Shown here in pieces: positions 56,738 to 64,000 of a stretch of 64,000 bases of DNA. The notes under the pieces are model-generated. The model worked only from the letters and a program-made list of their open reading frames with translations. It was not told the origin of the DNA and made no database searches. The position numbers and the translations under genes are program-made. Location: the NCBI GenBank assembly GCA_037308085.1, contig CP147779.1:224001-288000 (forward strand). The letters run 5' to 3'. The DNA is from Promethearchaeati archaeon SRVP18_Atabeyarchaeia-1. Lineage in GTDB: Archaea; Asgardarchaeota; Atabeyarchaeia; Atabeyarchaeales; Atabeyarchaeaceae. Numbering within the stretch: the first letter of the stretch is position 1; each line of letters opens with the position of its first letter.

Positions 56738-57889
56738 TCACTTGGCTAGGCGTCTCTTTTTCAGCTCATTCAGGGACTTCTCGAATAGATCGACGGCCCC
56801 CCATCCGTGAGACTTGCCCCACTCCACCAACTCCTCCAATCCATCTCTGAAGGTTACATCTGGCTTGAAGTTCAGCAGCTTTCTGGCGCGGTCAATGTTC
56901 GCATAGCAGTGTCGTGTGTCACCCTTTCTATACTCCTGCGAAACGACTGGCCTCAAGCTCCCTTTCTTGTCATACATTTCGATTAGCATGTCAGCTATCT
57001 CAAGGATTGAGATCGATACCCCTGAGCCTATGTTTACCGGAACGCCTCTGGCTGAACTTAACTCCATTGCTTGAACGTTTGCTTTGGCTACGTCCCTAAC
57101 GTGAACAAAGTCTCTGAGTTGCTTCCCGTCTTCGAAAATATAAGGAGGCGCATTGTTTAATATCCGACTCGAGAAGATTGCGCATACACCAGTGTACGGA
57201 TTTGAGAGCGATTGTCTCGGGCCGTATACATTGAAATACCTTAGCGCAACTGAAGGTAGGCTATAAGTCGAGCCAATGAGCAAGCACATCTCTTCTTGAT
57301 GTCTCTTGGACATTGCATAGATCGACGCTGGCGCAAGGGGTTTATCTTCACTTGTTGGAATTGGCTTCACGACAGATCCGCATGAGGGGCAGACCTGCTC
57401 CCATTTCTTCCTGTTTAGTTGATCTTCGGTTCTGATATTCGGGAAGACTTCACATGAGCACTTCTCACACCAGTATTTGCCTTCACCATAAATGCTCATA
57501 GAAGAAGCAACAACCAGTTTCCTGACCGAACTCTCTCCACTGGCTAGTACATCTAGTAGCAGGGAAGTTCCTCTTGTGTTTGAATTGATGTACCGATCGA
57601 TCTGGTACATCGATTGTCCTACACCAACCTGCGCGGCGAGGTGGATAATAGCTTCAGATTCTTTCAAGAGCGTCTTCAGGACCCTTGCTTCGAGTATGTC
57701 TTCTTTGATGAACCTTGCTTTTGGATTCAAATAGTCTGGAGGCTTTGCGTCTGGACCATGAACTTGTGGCTCAAGCGAGTCAATGACTGTGACTGCATAG
57801 CCCTTCTCCACAAGAAGATCCACGGTGTGCGATCCTATGAATCCCGCTCCACCAGTCACAAGAACATGCTCTATGCCCTTTGCTTTCAT
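56738..57889 (-). CDS. NAD-dependent nucleotide-sugar epimerase/dehydratase with Zn-finger-like insert
   Basis: GGAGFIG, YAMSK, RYFNVYG, CEKC...CPSC. Confidence 0.92.
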   Translation of the reverse strand: MKAKGIEHVLVTGGAGFIGSHTVDLLVEKGYAVTVIDSLEPQVHGPDAKPPDYLNPKARFIKEDILEARVLKTLLKESEAIIHLAAQVGVGQSMYQIDRYINSNTRGTSLLLDVLASGESSVRKLVVASSMSIYGEGKYWCEKCSCEVFPNIRTEDQLNRKKWEQVCPSCGSVVKPIPTSEDKPLAPASIYAMSKRHQEEMCLLIGSTYSLPSVALRYFNVYGPRQSLSNPYTGVCAIFSSRILNNAPPYIFEDGKQLRDFVHVRDVAKANVQAMELSSARGVPVNIGSGVSISILEIADMLIEMYDKKGSLRPVVSQEYRKGDTRHCYANIDRARKLLNFKPDVTFRDGLEELVEWGKSHGWGAVDLFEKSLNELKKRRLAK

Positions 57890-58027
57890 GAGAAGTTCCA
57901 CTCGACCAGAAGTTTTAATATACAATCCTAATTTAGGATAGCTAATAAAAGCCTTTCTCGAAATCGCAAACCCCAAATGCGAAGTGGATGCCAGCAACAT
58001 TGCCTGGTAAGTAGAAGCGAGTCGAAT

Positions 58028-59533
58028 ATGAGTTACAAGGTCTTGGTTGCTAATCTGCCGGGTCTAGTCGAAGAGAGAACTGGACACTTTAGGCATTACG
58101 TCAAGGCGGGGAGCAGATGGCCCTTTACAGCAGGATTTGGCCGAGAAATAGGATACTTACCGTATCCGTTTTTCCTGGGTTACACGAGTGCACTCCTCAA
58201 ACGGGATAGCGAAGCTGAAGTTAAGGGCATTGATGGCGTAGTCGAACATATGACTGACAAAGAGTTTCTTGCGAAGCTCAAGCAAGAGTCTCCTGATCTC
58301 GTAATTGCTGAGGTACCAATACTAACAATGACGGACGATTTAGAGCTACTCAAGAAAATAAAAGAAGAGTTGGGAGCAAAAATAGTGGTCTGCGGTCCTC
58401 AGACCACATCAATGGCTAGGGAGATTCTAACAAATAGTCAACATATCGACTATGTCATGTTGGGGGAATATGAGCTAACTGCGCTGGAACTTGTTGATAG
58501 ACTCGTGAGGAAATCCAGCAATGATGCCCGAACCATAAAGGGACTAGCTTGGAGAGATAATGGGAAAATCATTCTCAATGAGAGAAGACCCCTATTGAAG
58601 GATTTGGACTTCCTGCCTTTTCCTGACAGAGAGGATTTTCCAGGCGATAAGTACAGAGATTTCGCTTTCCTCATGCCATGCATTCAGATGTATTCATCGA
58701 GAGGATGCCCCTTCAGATGCATTTTCTGCGCCGAACGCCAGGTCTTTTACGCGGAACCTACTTACAGAATGCGGAACCCGGGCAAAGTCGTTGACGAAAT
58801 GGAGCTTGTCATCGAGAGGTTCAAAGCTAGGCAAATATACTTTGACGACATGACCTTCACAGTAAGGGGAGAACATGCGACCGGCATTTGCAGGGAAATA
58901 ATCAGACGAAAGCTTGAGATTCCATGGACATGCATGGGAGATGCCATGGCTTCAACTTTCGGCGAACTTGAAATTATGAAGAAGGCTGGATGCATCGGGA
59001 TGAAGTTCGGTGTGGAATCCGCGGTCCCGGAGATCTTGAAGAATATAGGAAAACCTTTGGATCTTGCCAAAGTCCGACAAGTTGTCGAATGGCTTAGAAG
59101 GCTTGGAATAAGAAGCCACGCGACCTACTGCATAGGTCTTCCTGGCGAGACGCTGGAGACCATAAACCAGACCCTGAAGTTCGCATCAAGCCTTGGCTCG
59201 GACTCGTGCCAGATTTCAATGGCCACCCCCTACCCTGGTACACCGTTTTTTGAGCTATGCAAGAAGGAGGGGTATCTCACCACAACGGATTTCTCAAAGT
59301 ATGATGGAACACAGAATGCTGTCATAGCATATCCGAATCTGTCTGCAGATGCTATTAAGAAATCATACGAACTAGCCAAGGAGAGCCTCTTTAAACCTGG
59401 AAAGAGTTTCAGTCTGGCATGGTACATGTCTAGACCAAGAATTGCTTTGAAAACCATCATGTTGAACTATCACAAGAATGGTCTGAAGGGATTGCTGGCA
59501 CTCTTCCGTAAGGGTCTAGGTAAACTTGCCTAG
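58028..59533 (+). CDS. B12-binding radical SAM protein
   Basis: N-terminal Rossmann B12-like domain, GEYE, RGCPFRCIFC, GLPGET, PYPGT. Confidence 0.9.
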   Translation: MSYKVLVANLPGLVEERTGHFRHYVKAGSRWPFTAGFGREIGYLPYPFFLGYTSALLKRDSEAEVKGIDGVVEHMTDKEFLAKLKQESPDLVIAEVPILTMTDDLELLKKIKEELGAKIVVCGPQTTSMAREILTNSQHIDYVMLGEYELTALELVDRLVRKSSNDARTIKGLAWRDNGKIILNERRPLLKDLDFLPFPDREDFPGDKYRDFAFLMPCIQMYSSRGCPFRCIFCAERQVFYAEPTYRMRNPGKVVDEMELVIERFKARQIYFDDMTFTVRGEHATGICREIIRRKLEIPWTCMGDAMASTFGELEIMKKAGCIGMKFGVESAVPEILKNIGKPLDLAKVRQVVEWLRRLGIRSHATYCIGLPGETLETINQTLKFASSLGSDSCQISMATPYPGTPFFELCKKEGYLTTTDFSKYDGTQNAVIAYPNLSADAIKKSYELAKESLFKPGKSFSLAWYMSRPRIALKTIMLNYHKNGLKGLLALFRKGLGKLA

Positions 59534-59599
59534 CTCGATATCAGTGGATTTGCTCAGAACCTGAATTCATCCTACTCTTACCAACTGAGGGAATTCAAT

Positions 59600-60520
59600 T
59601 TGAGGATCTCTGTAATAATACCAGCATATAACGCAGAAAGGTACATTGCAAAATGCATTTCATCCCTCAAAGAGCAGATTGTAAGTCCACACGAAATAGT
59701 GGTTGTAAATGATGGATCCACAGACAGGACGCACATGATAGCAAAATCACTTGGAGTCGTCAAGATCGTGAATCACCCAGTAAATAGGGGAATCGCTGCA
59801 GCCAGAAATACGGGAATAAGAAATTCGACGGGTGACATAGTAGCTTTTATGGACGCAGACTGCATTGCAGGGAACGACTGGTTGGAGAATATTGGAAAAG
59901 ACTACGCAGACCAAGCGGTTGGAGGAGTCGGGGGTAAGGGGATCGAAGCCTCCAGATTTGGAATAGCCGATGAATTCAGATCTAGGTACTGCAGACAATC
60001 CCACGGAAACAAGAAGAGATACGTTCAAATTCTATGGGGTCTCAACATGTCCTTTAGAAGGAATGTAATATCAAGAGCCGGAGGCTTCAATGAATTCTTT
60101 AGGACAAATGGAGAGGACGTCGAGTATTCGCTTAGAGTTGTAAAGACTGGGTACCGCTTACTCTACGATCCAAAGGTAGTTGTCTATCATCTGAAACGAG
60201 ACAACATGTTTTCGATTCTGAGAACAGTTAATCGCAGCTTCAAATTCGGGTACATGGGACAAGTACTAGGAGGAGCCGCGAGTGCCACTCCGCGAAGAAT
60301 GATCGGAAAGGCCAAAGGAATCACCGACAAGTTTCTGTATCGGCTACGCGGAGAGTTGCCCCGTGGAAATCTGGGAATAACCGTTTTGTCCTTCCTATCG
60401 ATGATAGCTGAACTCTTTGGACTAAGGGCAGCTTGGATAAGCCTCAAAAGACGTCAGAAACTTGTACTTAGCCAGAAAACTGGAAAACCAGTTGACTTGT
60501 GCATGCGGTCAGAGTCCTGA
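59600..60520 (+). CDS. GT2 glycosyltransferase
   Basis: IPAYN, NDGSTD, ARNTG, DAD, GED. Confidence 0.92.
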   Translation: MRISVIIPAYNAERYIAKCISSLKEQIVSPHEIVVVNDGSTDRTHMIAKSLGVVKIVNHPVNRGIAAARNTGIRNSTGDIVAFMDADCIAGNDWLENIGKDYADQAVGGVGGKGIEASRFGIADEFRSRYCRQSHGNKKRYVQILWGLNMSFRRNVISRAGGFNEFFRTNGEDVEYSLRVVKTGYRLLYDPKVVVYHLKRDNMFSILRTVNRSFKFGYMGQVLGGAASATPRRMIGKAKGITDKFLYRLRGELPRGNLGITVLSFLSMIAELFGLRAAWISLKRRQKLVLSQKTGKPVDLCMRSES

Positions 60521-60590
60521 GTTTGCCGAACTCGTGGTTTGCATTTAATAGATATCGCAAAGATAATGGTCTCTTAGAAGGATTGATCCC

Positions 60591-61655
60591 TTGACAATAG
60601 AAGAGAAGAGAATCCTAGTTACAGGTGGAGCGGGCTTCATAGGCTCACATGTTGCCGAATTCTTCGCGGACAAAGGTTGCGAAGTGACAGTCTTAGATAA
60701 CCTCTCAAGACACGAACTACTCGGGAAGACCGAGCGCAGCGAAGTCATCCATTACAACTGGGATTATCTTAAGCGAAGAAAAGTAAGGCTTGTGAAAGGG
60801 GATGTTCGAAACGCTGATGATTTAGGAAGACTTTGCAGGAGCGCTGACATCGTAGTTCATGCTGCTGCTCAGACAGCTGTGACAACTTCAGTTGCATCTC
60901 CGGATGTTGACTTCTCGATTAATGTTGATGGAACAGCCAATTTGCTTGAGGCGATCAGAAAACTAAATGACAACGCAACACTCGTTTTCTGCTCGACCAA
61001 CAAGGTCTATGGTGAGAAAGTCAACAACATCCGGGTTTTAGAAGATGAGCGCAGATATCGCTTCGAAGAAGAATATTCAAAGGGAATCGGCGAGGATTTC
61101 GGAGTGGATCTCTGCGGGCACACACCATACGGGTGTTCCAAGCTAGCAGGCGACATCTATGTTCAAGATTATGCTCAAACCTACGGGCTGAAAACTGGTG
61201 TGTTCAGAATGTCGTGCATATATGGTACGAGGCAGTTCGGGATCGAGGATCAGGGGTGGCTTGCGTGGTTCACGATAGCAACTCTTACTGGTAAGCCTAT
61301 AACAATATATGGTGATGGTAAGCAAGTACGTGACGTACTTTTCATCTCTGATCTAGTAAGGGCATACGAAGCGTTTATTGAGCGAAGCCAGCAGCTACGG
61401 GGTGAAGTCTTCAATATGGGAGGAGGACCAAGCAATACGCTGTCCCTGCTTGAGCTCCTGTCACTCCTCAAGGAATTGACGGGAAAGGAAAACAGGATAA
61501 AGTATAGCGATTGGAGACCTGCCGATCAGAAAGTGTACATAACCGACATACGGAAAGCTAAGGAACGACTCAACTGGTCTCCCTCGGTAGCACCCAAGCA
61601 AGGCGTGAAATTGCTCGCCGACTGGGTGACCGCTAATACGGGTATTTTCACTTGA
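60591..61655 (+). CDS. CDP-paratose 2-epimerase (RfbE)-like SDR
   Basis: GGAGFIG, AQTAVTTS, STNKVYG, PYGCSK, EDQGW, WRPADQ. Confidence 0.88.
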   Translation: MTIEEKRILVTGGAGFIGSHVAEFFADKGCEVTVLDNLSRHELLGKTERSEVIHYNWDYLKRRKVRLVKGDVRNADDLGRLCRSADIVVHAAAQTAVTTSVASPDVDFSINVDGTANLLEAIRKLNDNATLVFCSTNKVYGEKVNNIRVLEDERRYRFEEEYSKGIGEDFGVDLCGHTPYGCSKLAGDIYVQDYAQTYGLKTGVFRMSCIYGTRQFGIEDQGWLAWFTIATLTGKPITIYGDGKQVRDVLFISDLVRAYEAFIERSQQLRGEVFNMGGGPSNTLSLLELLSLLKELTGKENRIKYSDWRPADQKVYITDIRKAKERLNWSPSVAPKQGVKLLADWVTANTGIFT

Positions 61656-61741
61656 AATGAGGAGAACAGGTCAATTCATGGAAGTACGTGTTATTTGGGA
61701 CCGTTTGAAATGTCAACATCAGCTTACATGGGAAAAAGCCT

Positions 61742-62548
61742 ATGCTGAAGACCATCTTCAGAAGAGTCACTGGTCTTTATTGGAGATATTGTAGGTGGTA
61801 TGAGGCGTATAAATGGCTTAACGAAGTACGACCATTTTTCCTTCGTGAGGCCGAAACATTCTTGTCAGAAAGAGGCTTTCTAAGGAATGGACAATCAATG
61901 GAGGACCTGCGCCAAAAGTGGCCATCATATGTGGCAGACCTCTTTGACCCCTCATCACCAGCTAGATTCTATCTTGGGTGGAATGGAGATGTTGGAGCCT
62001 CAAATATCCCTGCAAATATCATTGATCAGTTTTCTCGTCCGCACATTGCATATGCCTTGATCAGGCAGTTTGGCAGGAATCATCAATTCAAAGGATCATT
62101 GCTGGATTTTGGGTGTGGCACTGCTGCCGTTTCGCTATCTTGGCAAGTGACATGCGCAAATCAATCGGGTCTCCTATTATCAGATTTTGAGAATCTACCT
62201 AGAGAGTTTGTGAGATACTACATCAAGAAATACCCTAGGTTCAGAAGAGAATTAGTCGACATAGACCTCAAAGAGATTCCTGATTATTCAATTGATGGCA
62301 TTCTATGTATTCATGTTCTTGAACATCTACCCAATCCGACAACTTTGTTTAAGTTGATTAGTAGTAAGCTTAAGACCGGGGGAATATTCATCGTGGAGGC
62401 TCCTTGGGGGGGACATCCGGAGCACCTCAAAGAAGCCCCAACAGACTGGAACGAAGAAGGAGGCAAAGAGCTTCTAAGTACAGAATACACTATGCTGAAA
62501 AAGATGAACCCGTATGTTTCATTATCGGGAGTATACAAGAAGAAATGA
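61742..62548 (+). CDS. Class I SAM methyltransferase
   Basis: LLDFGCG, HVLEHLPNP, LKTGG. Confidence 0.88.
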   Translation: MLKTIFRRVTGLYWRYCRWYEAYKWLNEVRPFFLREAETFLSERGFLRNGQSMEDLRQKWPSYVADLFDPSSPARFYLGWNGDVGASNIPANIIDQFSRPHIAYALIRQFGRNHQFKGSLLDFGCGTAAVSLSWQVTCANQSGLLLSDFENLPREFVRYYIKKYPRFRRELVDIDLKEIPDYSIDGILCIHVLEHLPNPTTLFKLISSKLKTGGIFIVEAPWGGHPEHLKEAPTDWNEEGGKELLSTEYTMLKKMNPYVSLSGVYKKK

Positions 62549-62589
62549 CATTTCGTAGTTCTTCTTTAATTTGTCAAGAAGATGCTTAA

Positions 62590-63040
62590 CTGGCTCTACT
62601 AACATACCGTTCCATCCTTATTTCTGAACATATTTATGAATGGGGTCTCCTGAAACGCCATCATTGGAGCCTATCTGCAGAAAAAAAGTTCTCAGTCTCT
62701 TACATAGTTGAGGATTACTGCTTCATAATCTCTCAGATTTTTGGGGACCCGTTCGTATGCAGCCTGAGGAAAACTCGTTATCAGAAATGAATTTGCGAGT
62801 CGTCTCAGACTGTGCAATACATTTCTAAGCTGTTTCTTGGTTCTTCTCAACATGTTTGGAATCAACGTGCAGAATCTAATGAGTGATAAGTTTCACTCCC
62901 AGACGAAGATCTCCGATCCATCGTGTCTGAAAACAGTTATGTAGTGCATCCAGATGTTATATACTTCAATCTGCCGCTTGATTTGAAGCGGTTTAGTCCG
63001 AGAAATGAAAGCACTCTAACTTCATGTCTCGACCATATCT
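62590..63040 (+). pseudogene. Possible degraded glycosyltransferase remnant
   Basis: Broken frames; fragment VIYFNLPLDLKRFSP resembles the GT4 linker. Confidence 0.25.
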
Positions 63041-63175
63041 GAGCAGGTAATTCTTAGATCCCCAAATTCCCAATCCAAGCGAACAAGAGAGATATTAAGT
63101 GCTTTGGCTCGCAATACCATGCGTAGAAGAGATCCTGCTCAGTTCACATTCAAACTGAAATAGTTAATCAATTCA

Positions 63176-63973
63176 ATGCGGAAGATCTCTATGGGCAATC
63201 CTTTCAGATGGACTTTTGGCGTTGTAGGGAGAAGAAGGCTTTCAACCCTCTTAAGGGGACCACCTCGCCGCGTTCTAGGAAGAGTTTACAGACGCGTCTC
63301 GATCCTCGTAGTCACTCCTAGGCTGAGAAGTCTGGCTAGTCGAGTGAAGGACATTGAAGAAACAGCTGAGCTTGCTTTTTCTTTCAGGCAATATGGCATC
63401 TCGCTGACGCCTCTTCAGGTGAGAGATGAAGTTACAGAGTTTCTCGACTATGTCAAGAGGACCAAACCAATGATCCTCCTCGAGATCGGAACCGCCAAGG
63501 GTGGAACACTGCTCATGCTTACTAGAATCGCCCTTCCTAGGGCAACGATCATAAGCTTAGATCTTCCCAGAGGGTCTTTTGGCGGAGGCTATCCAAGGTG
63601 GAAAATTCCACTTTACAGATCCTTTGCTAAGCAAGAACAGAAGATACATCTCCTCAGAGCCGACTCACATGATTTCCGTACACTTGAGAAAGTCAGAACA
63701 ATAATAGGGAGTCATAAACTAGATCTTCTGTTCATCGATGGCGACCACACCTACGAGGGCGTCAAGAAGGACTTCGAGATGTATTCTCCATTGGTGAGGA
63801 GAGGTGGAATAGTAGCTTTTCATGATATACTTCCTCATGACAAGCTTCATGATCCCATGAAAGAAATCGGTGTTGACAGGTTCTGGAGACGACTCAAGGA
63901 TAATCATAGGTGCTTAGAGATTGTGAAGAACCGAAGACAAGGTTGGGCAGGTATTGGCATTCTGCACGTATGA
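63176..63973 (+). CDS. Class I SAM O-methyltransferase (Methyltransf_24-like)
   Basis: LEIGTAKGG, LFIDGDHTYEGV, GGIVAFHD. Confidence 0.9.
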   Translation: MRKISMGNPFRWTFGVVGRRRLSTLLRGPPRRVLGRVYRRVSILVVTPRLRSLASRVKDIEETAELAFSFRQYGISLTPLQVRDEVTEFLDYVKRTKPMILLEIGTAKGGTLLMLTRIALPRATIISLDLPRGSFGGGYPRWKIPLYRSFAKQEQKIHLLRADSHDFRTLEKVRTIIGSHKLDLLFIDGDHTYEGVKKDFEMYSPLVRRGGIVAFHDILPHDKLHDPMKEIGVDRFWRRLKDNHRCLEIVKNRRQGWAGIGILHV

Positions 63974-64000
63974 GATTGCCAAATCTGCTTCATTGTGGAT

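Overview
This is an archaeal chromosomal window, most likely from an Asgard archaeon. That assignment is an inference from a ribophorin-I-like gene, a site-1-protease-like subtilase, an MtrA-MtrH fusion, ftsZ and intron-rich tRNAs. The window holds a translation/secretion superoperon (rpp21-rps19e-PDCD5-rpl39e-rpl31e-eIF6-rplX-pfdA-ftsY-argF-secE-spt5-rpl11-rpl1-rpl10-rpl12), argS, alaS, tgtA, thiL, cdrS-ftsZ, gcvPA/PB and a degraded tnpB. Five tRNA genes all carry bulge-helix-bulge (BHB) introns, and a roughly 15-kb glycosylation cluster closes the window. Main discoveries: (1) The ribosomal protein gene rpl39e, missed by the ORF track, is interrupted by a 49-nt intron with a textbook BHB motif; excision restores a canonical 51-aa L39e, implying tRNA-type splicing of an mRNA. 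(2) tRNA-Leu(GAG) has four introns and tRNA-Gln(TTG) has two non-canonical introns. (3) A two-gene unit pairs a corrinoid MtrA-MtrH fusion with a tandem, single-active-site thymidylate-synthase-like protein that has the dCMP-type Asp in place of the dUMP-specifying Asn, a candidate cobalamin-dependent nucleotide methylation system. All calls come from manual reading; no searches were run.
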